A stretch of 63,979 nt of DNA, filler included, from Reticulomyxa filosa (GCA_000512085.1; 21 parts of 21 records of this genome joined end to end with filler, not necessarily neighbours in it); one strand, 5' to 3'. Numbered from the whole stretch's first letter, positions 38,913 to 51,965 are shown. Numbers and translations are program-made. The notes: a model not told the origin generated them from the letters alone.

Positions 38913-39001
38913 TCAGTTCCTGTTGATCTTGTCCGGAGGCACGAGTACCCGCTTCAGCTCGTACCACCCACCCATCAACTCCACCGCTCCCTCCGCCTCT
39001 T
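38913..39001 (-). CDS. C-terminal end of an unidentified bacterial gene
   Basis: Open frame from the contig edge: EAEGAVELMGGWYELKRVLVPPDKINRN*. Confidence 0.4.
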
Positions 39002-39105
39002 NNNNNNNNNNNNNNNNNNNNNNNNNNNNNNNNNNNNNNNNNNNNTTAATTAATTAANNNNNNNNNNNNNNNNNNNNNNNNNNNNNNNNNNNNNNNNNNN
39101 NATCA

Positions 39106-39330
39106 TTGAAAAATCATTCAGGTGATGTTAAACCTGTTCAATCTTCACCTAATGAGAATAGAGAATCTATGTTAGATTTGCAAGACGAAAGAATCTCTTT
39201 GTGGAAATGTATTTGGCAAGGTGGTGTTCAAAGAACTGGTTTATCATTGAATGGAAGTACTTGGAAAGATGCAAATGGTTTAACTCCATTGCAACTATCT
39301 CTTATTGAAGGATATGATGGAATTTTTTGA
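39106..39330 (+). pseudogene. Degenerate C-terminus of a WD40-type protein
   Basis: LKNHSGDVKPVQSSPNE and ISLW remnants, then IWQGGVQRTGLSLNGSTWKDANGLTPLQ, which resembles WD40/pentapeptide tails. Confidence 0.4.
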
Positions 39331-40249
39331 AAATAATTATTTGGAATTTTTTTTTCTGATAAGTATTCTCACTGTTGTTATTTTTAATGACAACTTTTTT
39401 GCTTGTATATTTGATGTAAAGTGATCACTAAAAATTTTGAATAAAAAGTATAACAATGCTTTTCTATGTATGCAATATAATTTTTTTGATTGTAGCATTG
39501 CACAAAGCAAAATAAAATTGATATTAACGCCACTTTTACATTGATGCATTGCACTTTTAACATATTTTGTTGTGTACTTCAAATTTTTTTTTTGTTTGGC
39601 ATTTCAAAAGTTTTTATTATTTATTATAAAATAAAAGAAAATTTTAAAGTTTTGTTTGGTGAGACATTGCCACATCATCTCCATTGACACATATGACTGG
39701 CTTTGTATATTGTATCAAATTTGTTTAGAAGTGTAAGATACAGATGAAAATAAATATTCAAAGCAGAAGTAGATTAACCCAAATTGTAACAAAGGTGCAT
39801 ATTACTAAATGTACAAGATCTTCATGAATAGTGGAATATGTATTTGACAAATGAAGGAAATAAATTTTTTTAAATATATAAATATTTTCTTTAAACAACT
39901 ATTCTTTAAAATTGTGTAATGACCTTCTTGGATATCTTTATATAATTGCTAACAACATCATTTAAATAAATTTTCTTGAATATATATAAATATACTGGTG
40001 ATGAAATATGTAAGTACAATTTTTTTGTTTTTAGTTGTCATATTTCATGCTAATCTCTTTTTCTATTTTTTTTTAGCTTGAATATTTAATAAGTTATTAT
40101 TTTAAAATACTTGGATTTAACACATGAAACACAAAAATTTTGTTGAAAAGTTAATTAAATTTGTTCATCATTCTTTTTGATAAAAAAACAAAAAAACATA
40201 CAAACGAGTTGTAATTGATACGTCATTAACAAAATTATTAATAACCGGT

Positions 40250-41650
40250 ATCATCATTGACATAGTGATCACCATCCTCAAATATTAATTGCTTGATCAA
40301 AACATTCAAATAGTCTTTTTCTAAAAATCTCAAATTTCACAAACCTCAATGTAATCACCCTATTCCATTCATTCTCCATGATACCAGTGAAGAAACGGAC
40401 GCTGTGAACTCATAAGATCACGTTTTCATGCAATTCATTCGCAGAACATGCGAGAAATACCAGTATTGTTGGCAATCATAACAGCATTTTTGCTGCAAGC
40501 ACCAATGTCATCTTGTTCCAAATAGCAGCAGGCACATCATTCAATCCGATTTTGAAACCAGTAGGATACCACTCTACAAAGATACTTTATTATTTGTTTT
40601 CATCCATTGAATAGTAGTATTTGTCTCTTTGCTAGTGATATTTCCACAATAATTGAGCACGATGGAAATATATTTGTCTTTGACAGGATCAAAAGAATCA
40701 TAATAGATCAACCAATTGGTAGGTTTGAAACATTCATCCGTGATTGTTTGCACATCATTAGGGGTTATAGTCACATCCATTTTTGAGATGATTGGACTCA
40801 TACCTGTTATCATGAAATGCAAGAGTGGAAAAGGGACCAGGTTTGTTCGCAACTAATCTAAGTCTGAGCCTAATTCTCCATTGAATCGCAAAGATACAGT
40901 CATTGATTATATTACTCACATCAGGTCTCGCAATATGAAGATTCCTTTGGCAAATATTGTATATACTCTCATTGTCAAATACCAACGTGATATCGTGTGA
41001 TCCGTAAGCCAATACGTTGTAAGCATCACATTGTAGGGTTCAACTACTGAGGTTGATAACATATATGATGGATATATTACACATACTACTCTTGCCTTTT
41101 TCCTTACGTAATCTGTATACAATCGCTCCAAGATCAACGCACCCAAACCAGAGCCTGTTCCTCCTTCAGCACTATGCATTATCATAAACTCCATTGCATT
41201 GTCACAATTGTTCATTAATTTTTGCAATTGATCATTCACTTTGCAAATTATTTGCTTCTCGACCGTGTAATGATCTCGTGCAAAGATATTTGCTGCATCT
41301 TCCTTTCCTGACAACAAATAATTGCTATTAAACAATGATCCAAGAGATCCAGATTTCACTCCATCAATTACATTTGGTTCCAAATCCACCTGTAGCAGTT
41401 TTTTTTTCCATATAAGTATATATTTTTTAAAAAATTAAGTTTCAAAAACTTAAGCTTTAACTGTAAAGGTTTCTTGGTACAAACCGACCACCACTTGCTT
41501 CTTCAAAAAAACTTTAAACGAATTATCTTTAGTTTCTTTCTGTTGTTTGCCTGCAGTACTGATACCATACTATGCACAGTACTGTTCCCACGCTACATTT
41601 CCAAGCTGAATGCCTGCTTGACCGACTTCTATTGTTATGATTTCACGTAT
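40250..41650 (-). pseudogene. TUBA (pseudo): Divergent alpha-tubulin pseudogene
   Basis: Reads (I)REIITIEVGQAGIQLGNVAWEQYCA*YGI, DLEPNVID, GKEDAANIFAR, GGTGSGLG, TNLVPFP and WYPTGFKIGLN. Start is ATA, with in-frame stops and several frameshifts. Intron 41390-41461 is retained. Confidence 0.9.
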
Positions 41651-42060
41651 TATTCTTGAAGTTCACTCAAAAGTGAAGAAAATTATTTTTTTGTAAAAAT
41701 TTTCCTTTAGGTGTCAACTTTACTTTGCATTCTACTGTACCTTTTGAATGTCTTTTCGGTTACCTTATTTTAGCTTCACATTTTCCATAGAATTTAGGGG
41801 ATACTGTATTTACTGAGTCATCAGCTTCTTACAAGAAAAATGAAAACAAGACAAATAATTTAATGTTTAAATAATCTTATTGACGAGTAATTATTATAAA
41901 CAACAGATATTCATGCAGTAACATAAGTAATATCCATATTATTAGGATTGATGAGTATTTNNNNNNNNNNNNNNNNNNNNNNNNNNNNNNNNNNNNNNNN
42001 NNNNTTAATTAATTAANNNNNNNNNNNNNNNNNNNNNNNNNNNNNNNNNNNNNNNNNNNN

Positions 42061-42409
42061 ACAAGATAAAAGTGTTCGTTTGTGGGATATTCGATCTGGT
42101 CAACAAATTCAAATATTCAATGGACATAAAAGTATTGTATGGTGTGTTGAATATTCACCATTTGCAATAAAGAATAATATTGGTAATTCAAATGTGATAT
42201 GTTCTGGATCAGATGATAATACAATTCGTTTTTGGGATATTCGATCAAGTAAAAATGAATTGTACATGATCAAAGGAGATAAGGAAGAAAATAATGGAAT
42301 TCTTTGTTTTAAATTTATTGTGTTGAGAAAGAAAAAGACAAAGGATATTAAATATGATTTGAATTTATGTTATGGTTCAGGCAAAGGTCCCATTCGTATT
42401 TGTGGATAA
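42061..42409 (+). CDS. WD40-repeat protein, 3' fragment
   Basis: VRLWDIRSGQQIQIFNGHKSIVWCVEYSPF...ICSGSDDNTIRFWDIRS. Confidence 0.9.
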
Positions 42410-42979
42410 TTTACTGCTCTGCCGAATAAGAAATAGAATTGTTTTTGCTTGAAAAGTTTGATTAAAAGAAAAGTGTGTCGATATTAAACTTGTTTGATTT
42501 GATTGAACGATTTGTTTTGTCTTACTTTGTTGTTTAAAAGCTTTGAAAAAGTTGCGTTCAATGTTGTTTAAAAGCATGAAAATTGGGTCTAAATATCAAA
42601 ATAAATTGCAAGATATTTCAAGTGTTGTGTTTTTTGTATAGAATCGAACAATATTGTCTTTGTAGTAATTGTAAATTACGAATAATTACTCGAGATGACT
42701 TATGAAAGTACACATATACTCGCATAATAGTGCAAATCCACTATCTATCGTTAATGAATCACTTGTTAAACTTGCAGGAAGCATACAATATGATCCAAAG
42801 ACAGGAAGGCATGAAGCAGAAGTGAAGGCACTTATACAATTGTATCGTGACATAGTAAAAGAAGATGTACTCAAGAAAAAGCTGGAACAAAGCAATGGTA
42901 ACGTGTCAGTTGTGATTAAGCAGATCACAGTCTCATTGCTGAATCAGAATGTAATTTATAATTTTATAAAACAATAAAA

Positions 42980-43234
42980 ATACAGTAGAATGCAAAGTAA
43001 AGTTGACACCTTATAGAGATGATTGATTTTCTACATGAAAAAACAACATTCAGACCTAATTTTTTAAAAAATATCTACAAATCTTGTAGTTTTTAAATAT
43101 CATTTGAATTTAGTTTTTTATTACATCTTTCCTAATTGTTTAAAAAATTTGAATATTTTATTTATTTTTGAGAAAGTTTTCAATGCGTAGATACAGTATG
43201 TTGCAAAAAAACTGAACACCTAAAATGCCACCTT
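42980..43234 (+). repeat. Dispersed degenerate repeat, copies 3 and 4 (tandem, second starts at 43191)
   Basis: TACAGTAGAATGCAAAG at 42981 and ATACAGTATGTTGCAAAAAAACTGAACACCTAAAATGCCACCTT at 43191, about 210 nt apart. Confidence 0.8.
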
Positions 43235-43334
43235 NNNNNNNNNNNNNNNNNNNNNNNNNNNNNNNNNNNNNNNNNNNNTTAATTAATTAANNNNNNNNNN
43301 NNNNNNNNNNNNNNNNNNNNNNNNNNNNNNNNNN

Positions 43335-45523
43335 TAGTGTGAAAAGCGTAGATTATTTTAGAACCAATTCCGGTCTTTCTACGACGTTTCTACACCAATA
43401 GGACTGAGACTGGAAAGTATGTGGATGTCATCTTGTTGTTTAGATTTAACTTGCAATGAGGCAGTGGACATTGATATCTGTTGGTTGTTTGTGAGACTAT
43501 GCTCACGATTGTTGCTATTATTATACGTAATAGGTTGCAGCTCGTGTTGCGTAGACGTTATAAACTCTTCTTGGAAGAAGGGTGATGCGTCAATTTCGTG
43601 TCTGGAGAGTCTTCGGTAGGGGCGGCGAAAGAATTAGCTCAAGGCTGGTCGTTGGTTCTATGTGTTGGTTTTTAAGCTCGTTACTTTCCATCAAGTCCGT
43701 ACTGGTTTGTCTATTAATTGCGTTTTTATTTGCTTTTGACTGCTTTTTACCATCTCATCTTACTGTCCTTTGTTTACCACGGGGCGTTCCTCGTTCCCCT
43801 TCTGTATTTCTGTAGCATTCCCCTTTTTTGACTGTGTTCTTCACTTTATGTATCGCATTTATTTTTTTCGCTCTCACGTTGCGTACATGCTCCTTTTTCC
43901 ATGTCACGTCGATCAATTTCGTTTTCTTTTTCAGTACATTTTTTCAATGTCCCCATGTCCTTTTCACTTTGTTTTTGTTGTTCTTTGTGGCTATCCTTGG
44001 GTCTGTCTTCCTCCAACCTGTGTTCTTCTTTTTCATCACTCCTCCACATACCATGATCCCCGTCTTTTTCGTCTATTCAAATACGTTTCTCTTTTTCCCC
44101 AATGTGTCTGTTCTCTATAACTATCCCTTTTTCCATACTATTGTCACATAGGACGATTGTTTCAAAGTTTCTTTGTTTGTGAAGGAAGTGCACATTTTCG
44201 ATTCGACGTGCAAATGCCAGGATCTCGTCGGTGACTATGATGTCTTCGAAGGAGGGATATGCGAGAAAATTATTGAGGCGAAGGAAGCCTTATTAATAAA
44301 TGACGTGATGAATTTTACACATTCATTATTTATATTTATTTTGTGTGTTGATTTGTTGTTGACATTGTTAAGAATGTCGAGGAAATGCAGTAAGTTTGTG
44401 AGCAGCACAAATGTTTCGCTTTGTGCCGCTCGACTCAAAGCAACAGCAGTACGTGTCCAAGCCATTGTCCTCGACTAACTACAATGAGGTACTGTTGCAA
44501 GTGTTGAACCCTATGTACAACTTGACCCTCACAAGGCTTCTCATAACATTCAATTGTCTCTAGTTTATGTGCGCGATGTTGTTTTTTTTTTTGATTTTCA
44601 GACCAACAAATATATATGCATATATATATGTATGTATACGTGTATATGTAATGCAATAGACCACAATACTGCTTCTATCGCCGTTCTATTTGCATATACT
44701 TCGTGTGAGCAATCTGTTCAAAGCAAGCAATCATTAGATGTTCAATATCATAGTGGACATGATGCAGCCTGGATTTAGTTTTGTGTAAGGGACTTTGAGT
44801 GAAGAGTATTTGTTGCTTACTAACCTATCTCAAGAAGATAGTCAAAGGTGCGACAGGCGTTCACAATCACTCAATCGGGGAATGTAACGGACAGTGTTAG
44901 TGGTAACAACAATAACATCAACAATCGTAATAGAGGTAAAGAGAAGGACAACGACTAGCAACTGCAATGTCTAGAGAAAAAGATACACGCGATAGTGTCG
45001 AAACCCGTTTTTTATATGTCTGCGATTTTGGTCAATGGACAGACGCAGATACGAAAATCGAAGAAATTGAGGAGGAGAAGAAGCGCAACGACACCGCAAT
45101 TGCAAACATGGAGTAATACATCGAGACATGCAAGAGCGAACAAGAGAAAGTTATCGAAGGCAGGAAGCAAATCGAAGAGACTGAGAACTAGTTGAATAGA
45201 AAAGATTATCTCCTTTTGCGGCGAACGCAAAAAGTCTTGCCGAAAATGAAAAAAAATTCGAGACAATCACATTATGCAAATCCAAGAACTCGTGCATCAT
45301 CTCAAAGTGGCCCATGAAAAGCAAAGCAAACTACAATCCAAGAAGTTGCAGTGTGAACAGCTCATTCCAAGCCAAACTCGAAGAAGTCAGGCAGAAATGC
45401 ATTGGTATTTTATTTTTGTTTTTAAAGAATTACTAAAATATAATATATACTGTATATCTTATTCATTGCTTGCTCTAGGAGAACAGATGATACATCCACA
45501 AGAAACGGCAGCGGCGATAAAGG
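43335..45523. pseudogene. Degraded coding-like sequence of unknown origin
   Basis: Higher GC than intergenic DNA, with short interrupted charged/coiled-coil ORFs (minus 43335-44600, plus 44700-45523). No recognisable domain. Confidence 0.3.
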
Positions 45524-45745
45524 NNNNNNNNNNNNNNNNNNNNNNNNNNNNNNNNNNNNNNNNNNNNTTAATTAATTAANNNNNNNNNNNNNNNNNNNNN
45601 NNNNNNNNNNNNNNNNNNNNNNNAAACAAAGTCGATTGACACTTTTTTTTATTTCGCAATGACTCTTCGAAAAAAAAAAAGACGAAGAAGACGAAAAAGA
45701 AAAAGAAAAAAAAAAAAAAAGAAATTATTGGAAGAAAATCGAACC

Positions 45746-46619
45746 ATGATCAATTTAGATGAAGCTCCCAAACTGAAACAAAGATTTAAAAAACTGGAGG
45801 CAGCCGCTGTCCAAACCCCTTCGCTACCACTCAAAGTGGGCAACAAGGAACTATTATCTCTGGGCGAAATTGAATATAAAAATTCCAATTATCACACGAA
45901 AACAACCATATTTCCTGTTGGATTCAAGGTGCGACAATTGCTGCCGTCGATGAAAACTAAAAATAAAACTTTTTTCACCACTGAGATTGTTCGAGGAAAC
46001 AAGGACAGTGATAGTCCTTCTTTTGTAATTACGTGTGAAGAATTCCCTGATTTACGTGTTGAGGCAAAATCGAGCACGGGTGCATGGAAACAAGTGATAG
46101 ATTTACTCACACCCGAGAAACAGGAGTCACCAAAAGCAACATCCCCTCCCAAATCTGATACTGAGATTGATATAGAAGGTCTAATAAAAATTGGATTGAA
46201 GATAAAAGATGTTGTCAAGGCAATCGAATATTTGCCGAATGCAGAAATGTGCCAAAATTATAAATTTCAATATCGTCTTGTAAAGCGTCAAAAACAATCG
46301 CCAAACCAAAAATCGGAGGATCTTCCTGCACAATCGACTACGGCCACTTCTACTACAGCCACGGAAGAAATAATTGATTTGACTAGCGGTCGTGCCGAGA
46401 GTAATTCGTATGTCATCTTCTCTTACATTTTTTTTGTTTGTTTCGCTTGACTGTGAGCAATGTCTAATTTTTTTTTTTTTGGTAACTTTTAGGCCTCGAG
46501 AAGAAAATAATACTTCTAGAAAACGAACTCTTTCCGAGGCAATTAAAACAGACGCCACGACCGACAATGCTGAGAAAGACCCTGCATCCGCTCCTCCGGT
46601 TAAACGCTCTCGAACTTGA
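45746..46619 (+). CDS. FYRN/FYRC-domain protein (TBRG1-like)
   Basis: LPLKVG..LLSLGEI..YHTKTTIFPVGF (FYRN) and PSFVIT...SSTGAWKQV...GL...VVKAIEYLPNAEMCQNYKF (FYRC). One intron near the 3' end. Confidence 0.88.
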
Positions 46620-47055
46620 TCTCGCTAAATCTTGTAACACACCTTTTTTTTTTCCTCTTAAAAAAAATATAACACAAATAAACATCCAATAGAATTTAGT
46701 TTGATTAAAAAAATTATGGCTAATATCATTAACTTAAGGCGGGTTTTTGTTATTTTATTTAATTTTGAAAAAATTTTTCTCTTAAATTTGTCAGTCTGTT
46801 AAAATACATATGGAGGAAAATTTGCACAAACTAAATTTTGTCTTTTCGCACGGATTTATTTTTGCCAATGTACATTTCGGTTATTGCAAAGTTCGACTTA
46901 AATATCGCCATAAATGAAAAATTACTCTTGGAAGCCAAAAGTATATTATTGTCCGATATTTAACACTACTCGATTTTCTTTGTTCATTTGGAGTAAGAAA
47001 CACAAGGATATGTTTTTTGTGCAAAAGGGGAAAAGAAAAAAATTTCTGAAAATCA

Positions 47056-47520
47056 ATGTCTCAAGCAACTACAACACCAAATTGGGAAAAACAAATCAAA
47101 GAAATATTCCAGTTTTACGACAAGAAATCAAGCAATGAAATCTTGTTCAAGGACTTACCGGACGCAATTAGAACTTGTGGAATACGTCTTACTAAACAGC
47201 ATATCGAACAGATTCAAAACGAGTTCAAATTGAATGACAATGCAAAAATATCTTATCAAGAGTTTAAAGACATAATCAAGCGAGCCACAGATTTAGAAGT
47301 CAAAGATGCACAGATTGCACGTAGCTTTGAATTGTTTGTTGATGACAAAGGATTTATTCAATTGGAAAAATTTAAACACGCTTTAATGACTTTAGGTGAT
47401 GACCGCTTAACCAAAGAAGATATCATGACGCTGCTTAGAGATGCCGGATTTGATGAAAAAACAGAAAAAAGTATTCACTTCAGTAAGATCTTAGAATTAG
47501 TTCAAGGGAATGTTTTGTGA
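47056..47520 (+). CDS. Calmodulin/myosin-light-chain-like EF-hand protein
   Basis: IKEIFQFYDKKSSNEILFKDLPDAIRTCG...ISYQEF...FELFVDDKGFIQLEKFKHALMTLGDDRLTKEDI; the Ca-binding loops are degenerate. Confidence 0.85.
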   Translation: MSQATTTPNWEKQIKEIFQFYDKKSSNEILFKDLPDAIRTCGIRLTKQHIEQIQNEFKLNDNAKISYQEFKDIIKRATDLEVKDAQIARSFELFVDDKGFIQLEKFKHALMTLGDDRLTKEDIMTLLRDAGFDEKTEKSIHFSKILELVQGNVL

Positions 47521-47894
47521 GCGATTTTTTGTTGCTATTTAATTGCCTTACTTGATTGGATTAGGTTGAGTTGTTTTTTTTTTTTGCATTTAAAAATAAT
47601 CCGGCAACTCGAGCCTAGTTTTTTTGTAAATTTCATTTAAAAGAGTATGCATGATACATAAAAATTATTTAATGAGAATGTTACTTACATACACGACAAA
47701 ACTTCCGAATAATGCATATGCTTTCGTCAAAAAACAGAAAGCAAGAAATTAGAGTAAAATGATCAATCCATTGTATGTGTTTTAAGGCACAGAACGAACT
47801 ACTCGAGTAACCAAAATTGCAATATTTCAGGTGCAAAAGAAGGCGTTGAAGAATTTTTTGTAACAAAACTTTTTGGATACTTGTTATCATTGCC

Positions 47895-48972
47895 ATGAGC
47901 TTCAATGAAATTTCTTTTGATAAGCCATTAGATGGACCAGAACAACAAGTAGAAAGTGCAACTTTTTATATCACAGGTTCACAAAGCCGTATCACAAAAT
48001 ATGGAAAGTTTACTAACCTCAAGAAAATCCAAGTCGTTGGAAAAGTTATGGATTGCAATACATTTGAGAAACAAAATAATTCGAAAAAAAAAGGGTGTGA
48101 TAAGCATAGTTTGTGTAATATTTTTCTGACAGAGTATTATTGAGCATAACAGCACTTTACGTGGAGATTTAGCAAAAATAAAAATTGGATATTACACTAT
48201 TGTTGGTGAAGGCACGATTCTGAAACCATCCGAAAAAAGTGGTGAAGCAGTGTATGTAATGATTTATTTTTTATTTTCAGCATTCTCCAAACAAATTAAA
48301 ATAATAGATAAGCAAATAATTTTTTTTTTTGGAAGGAGAGACAAACGATTGGGATGATAAATACATCACATAGGTCTTTCTTGGACATGAACATTGGAGA
48401 TTACACCGTGATAGGAAAGAACAGTGTGATTCGTGCATGGTCAATCGGATCATGTTGTTGGATCGGTGAGGGTTGTGTAATTAACAATCGCTGTGTTGTG
48501 GAAGATTGCGGAATGATCTTGCCAAATAGCGTGTTGGCACCTGGCACTCTTGTACCGCCTTATACTGTATTTAATGGAAACCCAGGCAAATTTTTTTGCT
48601 CTTTTTTTTCTTTCAAAAAAAAGCTGATATTAAACAAATACAATAAAACAAATAAAAATAGCACGGTTGGTGGGACGATTGCCTCCAACATTTGACATGC
48701 TCATGAACGAACATACACACGCGTTTTACAAACAATTCAAAGCCGTTGAATCAAATCTCGGATTGAGAATAGGTCGCGGAAGAGGAGCACCACAAGGTCC
48801 CAACTCTAAATCACCAAATCCTCAACGTCCACCTGGAGCAGTTCGTGTTCCTGAGAGAACTCCACAAGCCAATACTCAAATGAGACCACCATCCCAACCT
48901 CGGCAAGTACCGAACAATCAACCACCCCCACAATCTCAACCAACAGATAAACAGCCACCAAGGGCAGGATGA
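47895..48972 (+). CDS. DCTN5: Dynactin subunit 5 (p25), 4 exons, Pro/Gln-rich tail
   Basis: IQVVGK|SIIEHNSTLRGDLAKIKIG, IGDYTVIGKNSVIRA.SIGS, ILPNSVLAPGTLVPPYTVFNGNP|ARLVGRLP: p25 left-handed beta-helix signature. Confidence 0.88.
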
Positions 48973-49951
48973 TTAAATGTCAATATATTTTGTTCATAGA
49001 CACCAAAGTTTTGGTTCTTGTGTGAGAAAAAAGAAACACTCCACTTGTTTGTGTTCACAACAAAAATTTTAATGAATTTTTCATTGCCTGTTTGAGGTTA
49101 CGCTCTCCAATAATACTTCAGTTCTCTGCTAGCATTAAAAATTCTTAGTTTTTCAATGAGAAATAGGAAGTGTTTATATTAAAAGTTGCAAATGATAATA
49201 ACAAATGAGGAAGTGTGTCACGCTTAAAACCATGTAGACAGCCGCACAACACAAATTACAACAACACTGCAAGCTTTGAAATGAAGAGCAAGTTTGCCTT
49301 TCACTCGCAAGTTTTTCACGTACTAAGTTATAAAAAAAGACAAAAGAAAAAAAAAAGGATACATCAAAAATACAACCACTGACNNNNNNNNNNNNNNNNN
49401 NNNNNNNNNNNNNNNNNNNNNNNNNNNTTAATTAATTAANNNNNNNNNNNNNNNNNNNNNNNNNNNNNNNNNNNNNNNNNNNNAAACAAGTTTACTGAGT
49501 TGAGGATCAGTTGATGCTGACGTCACTTGTTTGCTGTGATATCTGTACTTGTGGAATCCTTATTATTATTGATAATTTAATACTGTAAAAAAAATAAATT
49601 CGATATTTTCATTGATTATGTTTTTTCTTGTCATCAATTTATTATATGAAATGAATAATAAAATATAAAAACCACTCAAGCAAACATTTTTTTCCTTCAA
49701 TGAAGTTATTCGCATGTAGATCTGAATATCAACATGTATGTTTTTACAGGAATAATCTACTTATTTTAATAAATAAGCGTATGTTCAAAAAGAAGTACAC
49801 CCAAGACACATTTTTTAAGTAGTATTTTTTTTAATTCAACTAATTTAAAAAGGACAAGTTTTAAGTACATACAAAAGTAATGTTTTAAAATACCATGAAA
49901 TTTGTGGAATCGATTGTAATTGTTTTATTCTGAAAATATCAACGAAAGGTG

Positions 49952-50181
49952 TGTGGGACGTCAGCTGAAGAGGTGCACTAAATGTAATACGAAAGACTTT
50001 TACTCAGGAAAACCAATGTTCGACAAAACAAAGGTGAATTAAATAAGAGAAAGTTGAATAACGCAACGAAAGAAGAAAACAAAACAAAAGAGTAAGTGAA
50101 GTTGGTTGAGGAGTTTAACCCAAAGGGAGCCTCCTCAGTTCCACAAGAATTCAACCATATGTGATAAGGGCTTGCCCTACA
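49952..50181. mobile_element. Solo-LTR-like element, copy B (TSD GGTG)
   Basis: GGTG|TGTGGGAC...GCCCTACA|GGTG; shares the blocks GGTGCACTAA.TGTAATACGA, GTTGAGGA(A)GTTTAAC and CTTGCCCTACA with copy A. Confidence 0.82.
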
Positions 50182-50804
50182 GGTGTCCCTAAAAAGGGTG
50201 AGTTTCTTTTGTCTTATTTAAATCAAAGCAATTTAAAAGGTGTGATTCTCGGAACTCAATTAAAGAATGATCCAATCTTGTTTTTTTTAAACATTGAATT
50301 TTTTGTTAAGCTATTGTTTTGTAGCTGTTCTGTAACAACTTAAAAATTATTGGATAAAATGAAAATGATAATGCGTTTGAACGTCTGAACTTGTATGCAT
50401 TTTATACGTGCAAACATTCCGTTTTTTATTTTAAATTTGTGTTGATTGCTACGACATATTGTTTCAAAATTTAATTTTGGTCCACTGTAGGTCAGCCCCC
50501 TTTTTAAAAAAGAAAAGTTGCTTAAGCAATATTTACCCAAAAGAAAAAAACTTCATGCATCATTCACTTCATTCCATTCGAGCTAACTGTTTCTCTCTTA
50601 CGAGCTCCAATNNNNNNNNNNNNNNNNNNNNNNNNNNNNNNNNNNNNNNNNNNNNTTAATTAATTAANNNNNNNNNNNNNNNNNNNNNNNNNNNNNNNNN
50701 NNNNNNNNNNNAATCCATTTTTTTTACATGATTAACGACGGCAAGACTCTTTGCATACAAAACTACCACATTGAAGTATATCAACCAATTGACAAAAAAA
50801 AAAT

Positions 50805-51965
50805 TTAAAAGATTCTTGCTTTCTCTTTCGTCTGCGAGTTAGTCCTTCTCTTGGACACGAGGCTTGCTTCCGTGTTTTTTGTAGCGTTTGTATTTATTTT
50901 GCACTGTATCAACAAGCAGTCCATTCCAGAATATTGATTTGAATCCATTTGCATTTGCTTCATCCAGACTTCCAGCACTTGAATCACTTTTTTATCATTG
51001 GCCAAGTCTTCTTCCCAACACAACTTCATCCAAGTGCGCAAATTTTTCACCACATTCAATTGGATTGGTTTCATCATTATCTCTTTAAAGTCTTCTGATT
51101 TTTTTTCATCATCTATGGCTTCATTAGTGACCATTATGCAAAAGCGACATGTTAATTCTTTGATTAATTTTCTAAATTATTTTCCGTTTCCAAACAAAAA
51201 TACGTACACATAACAACAACAAAAAAAAATGTATACATCATAAATATAAAAAATATATAAAAACTCAGGAGTTGAAAATTCTTTGCAACATAGTATTAAA
51301 GCTTCCATGGTTTCATTGTCTCTTTGTTGTTCGTGTGTACAACGTAAGACGATTTGTTGAAGAGAGATGTCATCAGCATTGTTTGCATTGATGCTATTGC
51401 TGATGGGCTTTTCGACAACACTAACCAGGTTTCGAACCGACTGCTGGATGCCAGAGGCCAGCATGGTGCTTTCCATATTTACAGCAGCTTTGCCGTTGCC
51501 AATACCACTATTACTACTGCCTTTGTTCTGTGACAGCTGCATCATCATGTTGTAGTTCGTCACGTGCTTGCTTGATACTCGCACCTCTCCGTTGTTGCGG
51601 TTGTCGTCTTCAAATAAGGATCTCAATGACCCTTTTCGTCCATTTGACGATGGCGACATCATTGACTTGTTTTGTTTGGATACGCACTGGCATTGCTCGG
51701 TTGCGATTGATGTTTATTATTATTTTTGTTGTTATTATTATTATTACTAAAATTGTCCATAAGGTCCTTTTGATAGTTGTTGTTTTCATTTTGACTACTG
51801 CTTCCCATCTTCGTGGTCCTTCATCATCATGTCAAAGCCACTCGACGATTGGAGCGTATCGCACGCGATATCCTCATCGTCATCGCTTTTGGACTGCTTC
51901 TCGCGCTTCAGTTGCTCCTTACTCTCCTTCAGCGCTTTCAAACTCTTTGCGTCATCTGTTTGCGC
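50805..51965 (-). CDS. RasGEF fragment (N-terminal REM domain), possibly disrupted
   Basis: EALILCCKEFSTPEFL and KPIQLNVVKNLRTWMKLCWEEDL match RasGEF_N. Frame breaks downstream. Confidence 0.7.

Noticed and set aside
36491-39001. Horizontal transfer of bacterial genes into the protist genome
   Set aside because: The contig has no eukaryotic flank, introns or compositional amelioration. Co-assembled bacterial DNA is the simpler explanation.
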